Position numbers and translations under genes: made by a program | Assembly (NCBI GenBank): GCA_001949185.1 | Contig: BDGG01000016.1 | Coordinates: forward strand, 852,277-916,276 | Source of the DNA: Ramazzottius varieornatus | Lineage: Eukaryota > Animalia > Tardigrada | DNA: 64,000 bases | Direction of reading: 5' to 3' | In this document: in pieces, positions 25,924 to 39,629 of the stretch | Layout of the letters: the number at the start of each line of letters is the position of its first letter | Position numbering within the stretch: the stretch's first letter is position 1 | Notes under the pieces: model-generated | Told to the model about the DNA's origin: nothing | Database searches by the model: none | Seen by the model: the letters and a program-made list of their open reading frames with translations, nothing else

Positions 25924-26744
25924 GACCAATTTTGCCGTGCAGCTGACAAAATGTACAGACTGATCTTCGATACCTTCGCAGTTTACAGTAGCTCATCTAA
26001 TCGCTCTTCCATAGCTCAGTTTCCCCTTGCCCAGATTTTGGTTATTTTCAAGTTTTGTACGTTTGACGTTTCAGTTTTCTGGGTCCATTCCCCTCAAATT
26101 TCATAGCCGGTATTTCTGATTTTCGAAATCAAACTTTCACGATGTTCATATTGTGCCGAAGGCCAAGATAGAACAAGCATACTTTTGAAAAACTTTTCTC
26201 TTATGCTAAAATTTCGACTGATGTGTCGAAGAACGAGTACCCAGCTTCGCATCAGGTCTTGGATTCGGGAGACCGAGATACAGGCCGACCGGTGCCAGTG
26301 GTTGATGCCTGTTTCAGACGAATGCAAAAACTGTCCGTGAATACAGTACTGCAAAATGAGCTTCGGGAACACCACCGGAATCTCCTAGATGATAACGAAG
26401 GATGGAAAGGCTTCTTCCCTGCTACTGCTATTTACGTAACGTCTAAACCATATCCTCCTTGTTGGCAAACTCAGCTATCGAGAAGACTTCTTCGTGCCTG
26501 AAACCAATTCAAATGCATGGACGGAGGATGACGGTCAGGGGCCCTGCAAAACTGACTTTTATCGTACCAGCACTCGCCACTTTTTTTGTCAATAATTGAG
26601 ATCAGATTGTCATCAGATCCTACAGTGGGATTTTGTTTTGGTTTTTATGGCACACCGTTCGGCGATCTCTGATGGCGGACTTGAGGGGGAAATGTCATAA
26701 AGGAGGCTTTCCGAATGATTGCTGATTACTAGTTACTACTAGTA

Positions 26745-26936
26745 CACGCACAACTGGAAATTATGGGGCCAGTAAAAATTATGGGACCAGGCGGCAAAAT
26801 GGAAATTCAAACGTAGAAAAGTGTCCAAAAGTGCATTACTATGAATTGGTCACGTACATATGTGCTTCCGTACCGCCGTAGCGAAAAGGCCTGGTCCCAT
26901 AGTTTTTACTGGCCCCATAATTTTCCGGCGTGCGTG
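26745..26936. mobile_element. MITE with ~50-bp TIRs and TA target-site duplication (Tc1/mariner-type)
   Basis: TA|CACGCACAACTGGAAATTATGGGGCCAGTAAAAATTATGGGACCAGGC ... GCCTGGTCCCATAGTTTTTACTGGCCCCATAATTTTCCGGCGTGCGTG|TA. Confidence 0.8.
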
Positions 26937-27087
26937 TAGTTTAATCCTTTCCGTTGTGAAAATTTTTATGTAGATCCGGAGGATGGACTTTTCTCTGATT
27001 GTCCTCTTGATTGCAGAATGCTAATCTCTGAGATCTGAGCTACCCTACTAGAATCTAGGAACGATCTGGAGGAAGGGTCGGCTCAGC

Positions 27088-28908
27088 ATGACCATGGTCG
27101 CGAGTGATGGATATCAGTCGATCGACCACAAGAATCTGTACAGCTACCTGACGACTCTTCCCAGCAGCATGCTGGAGAATCTCTACAAGCATCCCAACCC
27201 CTGCCTCTGCATGGCCATCTTCCGCGATCTGGTTCCGATGGCGCAGAAATTCGTCCTTCGACAACTATTTATCGATCAAGTTCTACCCAAGTCCGCTCTC
27301 CTAGCGTGGATCACTCCTGACGGCCGGAAAGATCACGACGACGCCGTCCGGCTTCTGATTGAGCTGAGAATATGGAGTGAAGCACCGTCGTCGGCTGGTC
27401 TGATGGGGTGGAAGCTCAACGAACATTTTCGAAAAGGCATCCAAGCCGTCGTCGTTGGTGGTGGACCATCGTGGGGCGGAGATGTTACGCCAACAGCGGA
27501 AGAAACAACTCCAGTGTACGATTAAACTATTTGGCCTAAGACTAACTCAAGTTTCTTCATGGTTGGTCATACGCTTTTATTTGTGCCCGCAAGCCGCATC
27601 GCAGACGACTGTTAATTTTGTACCCAACGGCCAACTATAGGATGAAGGTCTTGAATTTCCTGTCTTCTTCCAACGTTTCCTTGATTGCACGTTCTTTACG
27701 ATATGTGTCTTATTCTTCTTCTTGTAGAGACGTTGCTTTCCTCGAGAAGTATGCAAGGGATCAATGGGAGCACGTCCTACATTACCTAGCCGGACTAAAG
27801 ACGCGACAGACAGCTTCGCATGTTGTGGACGTATTGGCCACGGCTGGACTTGTTAGAGGGTACGATCACTAAAAGAAACCTTCGAAAACATATTTTTAAA
27901 CTTCTTCTGTACATAAACGAATATTCGTGGGTTGTATGTCGCAGTATCTTACAGGGGCAACGAGAGAGATGGCGGCATAACACAGAACGGCTTCCGGTTC
28001 TTACTGATGGACACGCCGAGTCAAGTCTGGCGATTCGTCCTGTCGTACCTACAAACCACCCAGAAATGGAACATGGATCTCATCGAGTGTATTTCGTTCA
28101 TTTTCCAACTGAGCTTCTCTCAAACTGGAAAGGTTAGAATTTACTTTAGGTTTCTCAGTGGTACATATGTATCTCGTGTGTTTTACGAATGTGGATTTCT
28201 TACAGCATTATTCGTCCAGTGGGTTCTCCGATAACCAGATGAAAATGCTGCAGCATTTCCGTGATTACGGACTAGTCTACATGAGAAGCGGGAAAAGACC
28301 TTCTTCGAGGTTCTACCCTACGAATCTCGTCATGAACCTCAGCGGTGGCGCAAGCTCCACGAACGCGAGCTTCGCAGAAGGATACATCGTCGTGGAGACG
28401 AACTATCGAATTATAGCGTATACCGACTCTCCGCTGAAAATAGCTGTCGTCAGTTATTTTTCCGAGATGTTATACCGGTAAGAAGAGCGGTCTTTGGTTC
28501 GGCGATGTTTTTCTAAAGTGTTTTAGTGTTAGGTTTCCCAATTTGGCCATCGGGATCCTGACGCGCGAAAGTATTCGCAATGCATTGGCGAAAGGTATTA
28601 CAGCCGACGAAATTATCCGCTTCTTGCGGATGCATGCTCATCCGCAAATGCGGGAGAGCAGTCCAATCCTGCCCAGCACTCTGACCGATCAAATAAAGCT
28701 GTGGGAGATGGAGCGGGCCCGCTTTGAGTTCACCGACGGGGTCCTCTACAACCAGATCAACAGCGTCAAGGACTACGAGCTTTTACGCAATTATGCAAAT
28801 GACCTGGGAGTTAATGTGTTGAGTAACAACGATAAACGACTCCTGGTGGTAACCACCGAAGGTCATGTGCCCGTCAGGGCTTTTTGGAAACGTCAGAAAA
28901 AAGAATGA
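27088..28908 (+). CDS. GTF2H4: TFIIH subunit p52/Tfb2 (5 exons)
   Basis: [78 protein letters not shown]...DGVLYNQ, FWKRQK. Confidence 0.95.
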
Positions 28909-29826
28909 GCGTGAGTGACGTTATAACTCATCGCTTTTGAGTATTTTACTACCTGTTGTCAGCCTCCATTGCTCTGTGATACAGTTTTTACTTTGTCTTT
29001 GTCTTCTGCGAACCCACTGTCGCGACTTTCTGCTTGTGGAAAACATGCATCGCGCTAATAAAGAAGGAACTTATGTCAAAAAGAGGCCAGACCTGGCTTT
29101 CGAACTCTTATCACATGTGAGCTCCACCCACCACGATATTCGGAGTGCTCACCAGGTTTGTGCTGTCCAATAGAGCTCAGGCACCTTGTTAAGGTAGCCA
29201 GATTGAGTCTACCTCTATGTCACGTGGTACAGCGGGCGGGCATTCAACATTTTCGTGGCACGTGACGATGACGTCAAACATCAGCACAGCCCTGACAATC
29301 GGGATCCTATTTGCATCTCATACGAATGCTACGGCAGCAGTTTCGATCGACCGCTTTGCAAAACACTTTGCAAGCTCACAGCCTTCCTTGTGTAAACAAT
29401 GCGTATGGAGAGATCAGTGGTACCAAACGCAATTTTGAAGAAATCCCTCCATTGAAGACGCTCCATCACGGGATATCTTGTTACACAGAAGGAGGTCGCA
29501 AGGCGGTGGAAACAAACGTGGAGCAATAATTTGATGTGCCCTGCCCATCGATCACGCCATCCGTCTGCTCGTACATCTCCCCCGTCTAGCACTCGCATCA
29601 CGAGGAATCATCTCTGTTCGGTAGGTCAAGTTCTCCGTAAAGACGCTTTGTACCGATTTTGTCGTTTCCATCGACCGTGTAATTACTTGTCCAAGTTCCC
29701 GAGAGAGCCTAATTATCATACGAATCTTCTAATTTGTTTTCAGGTTCGAAATCTTCGAACTTTGATTCGGACTGATCAAGGAAAAGCCGTCAATCATCCA
29801 AGTTTGCATAGTCATCGTCTCGGACC

Positions 29827-32800
29827 ATGGAGGATCTTATTCCCTCAGTCAGCCTCGGAGCTGCCGCGACCATCGCCACTGCCGCTGGTCTTGCATATTA
29901 CTGCCTAACTTCCCAGGAGGAACCAGCGCACACAGTCGTTCCCGTCGATGATCAATCCGTTGCTGTGGACGTGAGAACTTTACGGTTCGGAAGAGTGATC
30001 ACATGCCTGATGGTTCTTGTCTGTTCTTCTAGGGTAATCCGCATATCCGCGCTTCCAAATTAGTACCTCCTGGGACCTTTGTCGAGTATATGTACGAGGA
30101 TACTAAGACGCTTTATGAGTCCTTCCAACGAGGCTTGAGACAGTCGAAGAATGGCCCATGTTTGGGATATCGTCCCGGTGGGAAGGGCGCTTACGAATGG
30201 ATCAGTTATAAGGAGATGTTCGAACGCGCCTCGTATATTGGCTCGGCTTTGATACGAAAAGGCGTGAAAGCGGACAACTCCACATGTGTCGGCGTGTTTT
30301 CCAGAAATCGACCAGAAGTACGACGATTATTTTTGCGTAAGGTATTCTGAGATATGTTTCGATGATTACTTTTTCCAGTGGATCATTACGGAAGTGGGGT
30401 TGTACTCCTATTCCATGGTGGTTGTCCCGATCTACGATACTTTGGGCAAAGAAGCATGCAGCCACATTATTTATCAAGCGGAGATTTCTGCGGTGATTTG
30501 CGATCGGAATGAGCAAGCGTTGATCTTGGTCAGACTGGCCGAATCCACACCAGTGCTGAAATACATCATCATTATGGACCAAGCCTCTGATGAGCTGCTA
30601 GCGGAATGCAAAAAAGCAAGAATTGAGCTGTGCCAGTTTGACGATATGCTAAAACTTGGCAAAGAGCATCTCGTTCCTGTTAAAGTAAGCTAATTTCTTC
30701 CATCATTCCTCAAAACCAGAGGGAAGCTCGGCAAACAAACTCGATCCGATTGTTTCCCTAGTGGCGCACTTTTCTAGCCGATAACACTGCGGTCGTACGC
30801 CACTTGATACGAACTTGCCTAGCTTCCAAAATTCAAACGTTTGCTGGCGTCGTTTAAAATATTACTGTTCATTTTTAGCCCTCGAAACCTGACGATATTG
30901 CCACGATCTGCTACACGAGCGGTACGACCGGAACTCCGAAAGGAGTGATGCTAACGCACAAGAATGTGATCGCCGCTGTTAGCGCCACAAAAATGCAGAT
31001 CACGGTGGAAGTTGGTCCGAAACAAGACGACTGCATGATATCGTTTCTTCCACTCAGCCACATGCTTGTAAGTGGTACGGAGTACTTCAAATGTTCTGAG
31101 TATTCTTATTGAAGTTTTCTACGAGTCCACTGAATCAGTTTGTGTTTTTCCTTTTGTAGGAACGTTGCTGCGAGGTTCGTGAGTACACTCCTTTTGTTTT
31201 CTTGCGCGAATATTTTCTGTTGTTAGACTTCAAAGAAAAAAGCGGTCCAGGCATGAGGGTACACAGTTCGAGAGACAAACTATGGCTTTGGGCAAAGGTG
31301 TCAAAACATCTAGATGAACGTAATGAGCTTTGATGGTTATCCAACTTGTCGTTCAGATGGTAGACGACATTTAGAATAACCACCAGGGAAAAGACGTCTT
31401 GATCGCTTTCAGTTGTGCACGTGAGTAGCCTAATTAGACCCTACACTAGCAACTTCTGCTCGTTCTCCAGACTGCTGTCTACATGGAAGGAGGCAAGGTC
31501 GGCTTCTACAGCGGCGATATCAAGAAGCTGAATGAAGACATGCAGGCGCTGCGGCCGACGTGCGCCGCTGTGGTTCCCCGGTTGCTGAACCGCATCAATG
31601 ACACGGTCCATGGCAAGGTCAAGGGTTCTTGGCTGAAGCAAACGATTCTCAACGTTGGTGTCTGGTTCAAAGAGCGGGATCTGTACAAGTGAGTACATAC
31701 TATACCCATACAATATGGAAAATACTGTAGAAAATTGGATCGTTACCTCTTCTTCTGTACGATTACCTGCAAAATCTAGAAAACTTCTAGGTCAAGACAC
31801 ATGATTGAAACTGAAGTCACGTCGATGGTGTTTTACTGCTTTTCGTTTCTGTGTTTTAGTCGTGTGATCACCAAGTCCACATTCTGGGATCGACTCATCT
31901 TCAAGAAGGTCCAGGCGCAGATGGGCGGCCAGATGCGGTTCATGATTGTCGGAAGCGCTCCACTGTCGCCCAGTGTAAGTTGTCCCACGAAGTCTGCTGG
32001 TTGGATTCCACTATGTATAACTTCTAACACGCGATGGTTGAAGCTGAACGGTTGGTTTTCCAGGTTATGAGGTTCTGCCGAGTGGCGTTGGGTTGTTCGC
32101 TTATGGAAGGATATGGGCAAACGGAGTGTGTGGCCCCTTGTTCTATCAACATCCATGGCGACATCAATCCCGGTAAGATCGAATTTCGAAGTGTGCTTTC
32201 GATTTCCGTTCAACAGCCAGTTTTCGAGTGGAAATCATCCCCAATGCTTCTCTTGGTTTAGATGATATGGAAGGCACAAGTGGGCATGTGGGTCCTCCCA
32301 TTCCCTGTTCCGTCATCAAGCTGTGCGACGTCCCGGAAATGAATCTGGTTCCTGAACGCGACGGACTTGGCGAAGTAAGGTCGACCGGGGATGACTGAGA
32401 TCAGTTTGTTAGTGTTTGCCGATGATGAGAACAAGTCTGAGGCAGTGGCGTGTTTCGTTCGTCGTAGATTTGCGTGAAGGGCACGAACATATTCATAGGC
32501 TACTTCAAGGAACCCGAGAAGACTCGCGAGGTCCTCGATGACGAAGGCTGGTTACACACCGGTGACATTGGTCGGTGGTCTCGCAATGGCTGTCTGCGGA
32601 TAGTCGACCGAAAAAAGCACATCTTCAAGCTGTCACAGGGCGAATATATCGCTCCGGAAAAGATTGAATCGGTATATGTCAAGAATGCCTGTGTCAACCA
32701 GATATACGTGTACGGCGACAGCCTCAAGGTAATGTCTGCTTCCCTTGATTGTCCCTAAGATCGAAGTGCTAGTTGGAGTGTATAACTGACACCGGTCCTC

Positions 32801-33447
32801 CTTCCAACAGTCCGTTCTAATCGGTATTGTGGTACCGGAAGAGACTGTCCTCCAAAGATGGGCCTCCGGTGAAGGCATCGAAGGGACCTTCGCCCAGCTT
32901 TGTAGTAATCCGAAGACAAAGGAGATGTTGATGAAAGAACTGGGGAAGGAAGCCAAAGCAGCTGGACTTCATTCCTTTGAGCAGGTGAACAATTTTTCCA
33001 GGTGTTTGTTGGAAATGGAGATAACTGGAACCGTGGCAAAAACATTCTCCACGAGATCGTTTTTTTGAACGGCGGATACTATAAGCTAGTAACAATGAAA
33101 ACTTGCGCCACTTGGGAAAACAACGAAACTCAACACATCGTTTTTCCGCGTGGCGCAGGGTTCCAGCCAGAAACACTGGATACGTGCGCCACTTGGAAAA
33201 ATAATGTTGCTGAGTTGGTTTGCCGCGTTCCCAGCTCAGAATAAACACCCTCTCCGGTTGGGAATTCGCCGAGATACGGATATGGGGTCTAATCACTCGG
33301 TGCTCACAGGTCAAAGATCTGCTTGTAATACCCGAGCCATTCTCCATTGAGAACGACATGCTTACTCCGACGCTAAAGACGAAGCGCAATGTTATCAAGA
33401 AAAATTTCCAAAAGCAGCTCGACGATCTGTATTCCAAGTTTGATTAG
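29827..33447 (+). CDS. Long-chain-fatty-acid--CoA ligase (ACSL1/5/6-like), multi-exon
   Basis: [78 protein letters not shown]. Confidence 0.95.
30721..30827. repeat. Palindromic element (N27), ACSL intron
   Basis: tagtggcgca-N27-tacgccactt. Confidence 0.85.
33027..33232. repeat. Palindromic element doublet, ACSL last intron
   Basis: Two N27 units, period 81. Confidence 0.85.
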
Positions 33448-33809
33448 ATGTCAGGCAGCTAAGATATCCACAAGTTCCTCGTTTCCAAGTGGTGATAATG
33501 CTTACCTCTCCGCGCGTGCGCAACTTTCGGTTCTCGTCGAGTTCCTACCTGGTTGTTTCCAGGTGACCTCTCGCAGCTATATCTCACTGGCGACTACCTT
33601 CAATAATCTAATTTATTTCTAATTCATTGTTTCGTTGTTTGATGGAAATGATAAAATCTCTCTCCTTCGGCTTTCTTTCTCCGTTATTGAATCTTGACAA
33701 TGCACATTGACCATCTCCAACTTATTTTGATTCTTGCTTGAGGTTACTTTTGACTTTGTTGTTTAGTGTTGCAACGTGGGTATGATAAAGTGGAGTGGTT
33801 TGAGACGGA

Positions 33810-34015
33810 AGAAATGTTGGCAAATGAATTCTTCCGAATCGTTTTCCCAAGTGGCGCACGGTCTCGGCCACCAAAACTGAGATTGTGCGCCGCTTGGAAA
33901 AACAAACAAAGTCGACCAGATCGCTTTGCAAGCGGCGCACAGTCTCCCCACACTATTAGTGAAAACGTGCGCCACCTGAGATGTCGATTTGGGCAGAGTC
34001 GTTCGCCGACGTCCC
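33810..34015. repeat. Palindromic element doublet, intergenic
   Basis: N27 and N28 units, period 81. Confidence 0.9.
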
Positions 34016-36628
34016 AAACCATGTGAATGAATTAGCGGGTTTAGTGGGTGTTTTGACATGAGAGTCATGTTGCATTAGCGCCAGCGTGTGGCGGGCAGGA
34101 AGCCCAAAGTCCCAGCGTGGGGTCGATTACACGAACTCCCGGAGTCCAGGTACAATGGGCAGTAAGGCTTGGCAATAACAGGGAATTGCTCAGTGATCAA
34201 AGCCTAATTACCTACTGATCGCTGCGATTACCACAGATAAAAGAAGCCTGCGCAGTATGGCTGCCGCGCAATCGCCTTTTCATTGGAAAGACCCTGATTA
34301 CCTCCGCGAGGCTTTGGCTGACCCCATAAGCATGTTTCCCTTACGACAACTGAGATTTCATGACACCAACCAACAACGTTTCTGGCTCACGAATCTGTCA
34401 TTCGAGTTCTACACGTATTGTAGAGAAATGTCAAATAGCACAGGTTTCCCCACTGCGCATTCAAGCTGTCCTGGATTTCAAACCAAAAAAATCCCTGCTG
34501 CACAATGTCAGGAGGAGATTTAGAACAATCTGGCGGTTTTAACTCGGCTATACAATGAAAGTTGTATCTTTTTTTTCAAAAACTATCGACGGTTCGTGAA
34601 CCGCCCTTCACAAGACCTTGACGAGAGAAATCTCACCAGTATTTCAGTCGATGCATGGTTTCGCTTCGCGTAATGGCAGGTATTTCAACCCGCAGGCGTT
34701 AAATGGAAGTCTAGGCACTTGGGATGAAATGAAGAAAAGAAAAGATAACTCGATGGTAAAGCTAATTGTGGAGCAATGGAATCGTGAAAATGGTCGCGAC
34801 CTGTCTTTGGCCAAAGAGATACAGTTGGCGCCTGTGGACTTTTCGCTTGATTTCTCTTGCTTGCTGACGCAGCGGGACATTTCGCGAACAATATCCATGC
34901 TCAAGCCGCCTATTCACCTCAGTCAAAGGCAATGAAAATTCTTCCCGGAAGAATCCACCGATCAGAAGGCTGAAGTCGCCTGTACTTGTGTAATTGTATG
35001 GTTGATTGGTTGAATCTGAGCAGTCTGAAGGATTCAACGCAGTCGGCCAGACTGCCTACGCCTACTCGATTAGGTACCTGCGTGACTGAGAGTAGGTTCT
35101 TCGCCTACGAGCTAATTGCATTTTGGTTTGCCGCCGATGGTTGTGTACGCACTTCAAAAATATTTGCAAGGAATAGAAATGAAGTGTCGTTCTTGTTGAT
35201 GCGTGATAGTGCCAATGATTACACGGACAGTGGATCAATCAGTTGTGGAATAAGAAATCCCCCGCTGTGGCGGATTAATAAAGGAGTGCAGCCAGTACTT
35301 ATAAAGATGAAAAATCATGCAGCGGAAAATTAGTCGGGAATCTGTTTGGATGGGGTGCCGGGCAGCCGTTCGCTCTTCCGTGCCTTGTATCCCCAATCGT
35401 GTTTTAATGCCGAGCTTGTGCAAACACAGCCCATGTAATCCTCGGTGACTTTCATTGTCCTTTAATGACTATTCCAAACACTCATCTCGCCGCCTGCCAT
35501 TATCCATATCACTCACTTTGTCATAACCCATCTCCATTGCGTAAACTACATCTGCATGCAGAATTGATAGATTTGTAATTATTACCTGGAAGATCAACAG
35601 AAACAATGGTCGGCGATCGTAGGAAAAACTCCAGGCACAGTATTCTGTAGAAAAACCTCGAATTCCCTTCTCTTCGTCCAACTGTTGTGCTGAAGTTCTA
35701 ATGTGTTGTATCCGTACTTAATATTGTTCTCCCATGTTAACGACTTGTGTTTTTTATGCTGGAGTGTCGGTACAACGAGTCGGACAGTTCGAATGAAGGT
35801 TTCAAAAGATGTACTCGTGGGCTGGTGCGTTGGCTTTATATTAGACTATAGCGCGTAAAATCGTGGCTGCGAACGTCTTGAGATTTGGTAATCTTGGGTA
35901 CTTCCGGGCCCGGCGGTAGAATATCGTCATACACTGTACGTGTTACGGTGACAGGTTGTTGACAGGTCACGGTGATCCCGATCTCAATTAGCGAAGGAAA
36001 CTGGCTGGAGCATTCTTAAGTCGTGGAGCGCTCTTTAAAGGTTACATTTCATGGTGATGAGCGGCGGAAATGGAAGGAAGGAAAAAGTGGAAAGCGATTG
36101 AATTTCAATCACTCTCAATCAAAAGCAAATGATAGCGGCCGTAACTGGAAGCTCTTTAGTCGATGAGCTTCTTGGCCGTAAAGAGTCGATAGAGTCCTCT
36201 TTTTAGGAGAAGTAATGAAAGCGGAGATTCGCCTCTTTGGCTCCCGCCATCATGATCCCATAAGGGACGGTGCATTATGGATGATTAACTACTTTGCAGC
36301 TCTGATTTCAGCCACGGCACGCATGCCAAAGCCAGCGGAGGAAGATGAAACCCGAAGCTAACTATTGCCACGGGACTTGTCAGGTCAAGAGAAGTAAAAA
36401 TTAATCTTTATTTTCTAGTGATTCGCTGTTTAGCTAAGCGCTGCTGACTACCAACATCGGCTCCGCTGGATTATCAACTAGCGAATTACGTGGCTGCGGG
36501 ATCAATCGAGTAGGAGCAATGGCCCTACTAATGGCCTGTAAAGGGGCTGTTGATTGCTCTCTTCTCCCACGCACCCGTCCGAATGATAGACGGAGTAGGC
36601 GTATTGTACCTACTGGGAGTTACCGCGT

Positions 36629-36812
36629 GGGAATATGCAGGCCAGTCTCCCAAGTTGCGCACGTTCTCAATGTTGTTGGCCAGATGCCTGCTCCACATGA
36701 AAAAACTCTAAATTTCTGTTCTAGTTTGTTTGTCAAGTGCCGCACGCATCCAGCCAACATTACTAAAACCGTGCGCCACTTGGAAATAATCTTGTCGATC
36801 TGTTTGGCAGGC
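36629..36812. repeat. Palindromic element doublet, intergenic
   Basis: Two N27 units, period 83. Confidence 0.8.
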
Positions 36813-37851
36813 TACTGTTCTCTCCTTTTGAAAAATTCTTCGCAATTGGCCATAGGATTTTTCAATTTCTGATCTGTTTTGGCGTAATGAGTCCGCGGAC
36901 GATTTTAGCGTTGAGGACCCTGGGCGCCCATTTGCCTCTTTGGCTTCATTAAATTTTAATTTGCACTCAATCACCGAGGCTGCCTGTCGCGTAAATAGAT
37001 CGGATTCCATTTGTCAGGATCTCCGACAATCACCGCGACCATTTCCTCCTTATCACATCTCCCTCCGGCAACAGAGAAGCTGTTTTTACCACTTTCTTCC
37101 CTCCTGAGCCTGGGTTAAAACCGCATTTCCAATGAAAGATCGAAGCCATGGAATTGTTCTAGTTTTTCGTATGAGTGCCATCTTCCTAAACCTAGCAGAA
37201 ATGGATCAGATAGAAATACGTGCTTGCTCCAGTTTTCATGATAGCCCTAAATGGCCAATGGCTTTACTTAGACCGTTATTTTATTCCAAATTGCGCAAAT
37301 TTGCCTGAGAACGTGCGGTACTTGGGGAAATTGTTATTTATCCGAGGTAATTTCCCAAAGCATTGTGAGATCCTTAAGATGAGCAGACGAGACTAAGCGG
37401 GAAACAGGAGATTAGGTATGATATGTTGGTGACCTTTGGAGTCTTTAGAAGGAAACCTCTTAGCGATAACGATGTCAGTAATCGAATAAGTGATATGCGT
37501 GGTGGTTAAGAGGCAAATGTCACTCGATTCATGTCTGGTCCCCAATGGAAATTGGCAATATATTGATGTCATTGAAAAGAGCTAGCGCAATGATATAGCG
37601 TGGTGGTGCTCTTTTCTCGTCGATGAAATGTCAATCTGACGATGGTCATTGGGGAATGCCGGCTTTTTAGTTGTGAGATGAGCTACCGTCTCGTTTCGAC
37701 AGTCGGCGTAACAGGGCTCCTCCATCTATTAATTAATTATTCAATGATAGATTGACGCTCATTTCTTTCGACGAGGTCCACAGAGACCTATCGGATACAG
37801 CTATTGCATTCAACAACAATATTCAACCCACCATAATGACCATAGAAATTG

Positions 37852-37975
37852 GGGGACTCGAGCAAACGAAAGCAACCAGATCGTTATTGCAAGTGGCGCA
37901 CGCTCTCTTTGTCAGTGGCCCAAGGTGTGCGCCACTTGAGGAAGCGATCTGGTTCAGTCCATTTGCCCTGGTCCC
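37852..37975. repeat. Palindromic element (N27), 3' of Hmx
   Basis: aagtggcgca-N27-tgcgccactt. Confidence 0.9.
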
Positions 37976-38140
37976 ATTTTGGTGGATAGTTCAGAAGTTC
38001 AGAATACAATTCTGCGTGTATAACAATTATAAAACCATCTATCTATACACAAATCACAGCACAAACAAACCTCGTAACAAGAACAACCTAAATAATGAAC
38101 GCATGCGCAATAAAAAGCGCACTCAAGACGCTGTCTGATT

Positions 38141-39629
38141 TTAAGATCGAGAAAAAGGAAGGTGTCCCGTCATGTACAGCGGATGCAGCGAAGAGGGACA
38201 GAAGATGTTGGACCCAGGTTCGTTAGAACCCATCATACCGGGGGGAAATGAGTACAGAGACATTGGAAAATTGGGACCTAGAGTACTTCCGTGTTGGGCA
38301 CTGGAAGAGGCAAACCGGCCGGCAGCGGCTTGGAGCTGACTGGCTGTAAGGCTACTGGTATCCAGATCCGAGCACAGTTGCCGCTTCCACTTATTCCGTC
38401 GATTCCTACAAGCAGATCGAAAGGTTATCAAAACTTTCAGACAGTCAAACCAATAGTCGCTAAGATTTGTGAGAAACTTTTCATCGACTACGAAGGGGGG
38501 AAGAGGAACTTGGAATAAGTAGCGGACATATTTTTTCGGTCTATTGGATTTCCCTTCGATTTGAAAATTAATCGTTTTCTCCATAGAATCGTTTAGCGTC
38601 GTTTTACAGGTCAAAACGATTATGGCAGGTGATCAGATGGGAAATGAGGACTTACTGAAACCATATCTTGATTTGCTGTTCGGAGAGATTAAGTGAGGCA
38701 GCTAGAGCCGCGCGCTCGGCACTGCTGAGGTATCGCTTGTTATCGAACATGGATTCCAGTTGAAAGACTTGACTGCGTGAGAACACCGTTCGTGTTTTCT
38801 TCCGACGTTGACTGGCGCTACCGGTTAACGAAGCCGGTGATTTGCAGTCACGATCGTCCAGGCCATCGTCGCGATCATCGGAAATTAGAGACGGTGATTT
38901 GGACCCGCGGCTGGGCTCTGCCGGGCTTATCCGTGGTACTTCCGCCGTGGGTTTCGAAGGAAGCTTCAATGAGTCGTTCGAGAAAGTTTCTGGCTTCAAA
39001 GGACTGGTTCGCGAAGTTATGACACCGAATGTGGGCTTTGTCGACAGGTTTTCTAGAATCAAATGAAGAAAAACGACAGTGGAAGAGCCTGCCTCGTCAG
39101 GAAAATAAATCCAGTCTCGCAATTAATCGTAAATATTTGCGGCTTAATTTGCTCGTTTCAAACCGTTTCGTTTAGATAACAGAATATCCACAGTGAATGT
39201 TGAAATCATTTTAGCTTTTCGTTTGTATTTCCCATAACGGAGTTACATACCTGGATATTCGCTGTGGTTCATCAAGTGGCCAGGCCACATCGGGAAGAAT
39301 GAATGTCCGGGTACGAGTTTTTGCGGAAAGAACGCAGATAGGTTCGGCTGAAACATATGCGGGTAGGGAAACGTCCTTTCAATGACAGGTCGACGCGGCT
39401 CAGGTCTCGCAAGGATACTCTGGATTGAGAATGTGGACTTCCTTTTCGGCTTGACCTCTTCGATTTCTTCCACTTCCTCCTCTTTCGCTGGCCGCTCCTC
39501 ATCGCCTTCGTCCTTCATTTTTCCACCTCGCTCAGGTGAGCTTTTTTTATCCGCAAGCGGACTATTCCTCGAGTTGGGAAGAGGCGAGGAAGGTAAAGGC
39601 GATGAGGTCGAACCTGACTTGCTCGACAT
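38141..39629 (-). CDS. Hmx: Hmx/NK5 homeobox transcription factor (3 exons)
   Basis: [51 protein letters not shown]|[10 protein letters not shown], plus N-terminal eh1 motif FSIQSIL. Confidence 0.93.

Noticed and set aside
34257-35333. Short ORFs between ACSL and Hmx
   Set aside because: No recognisable domain or consistent exon chain. More likely non-coding flank of the homeobox gene, though an orphan gene is not excluded.
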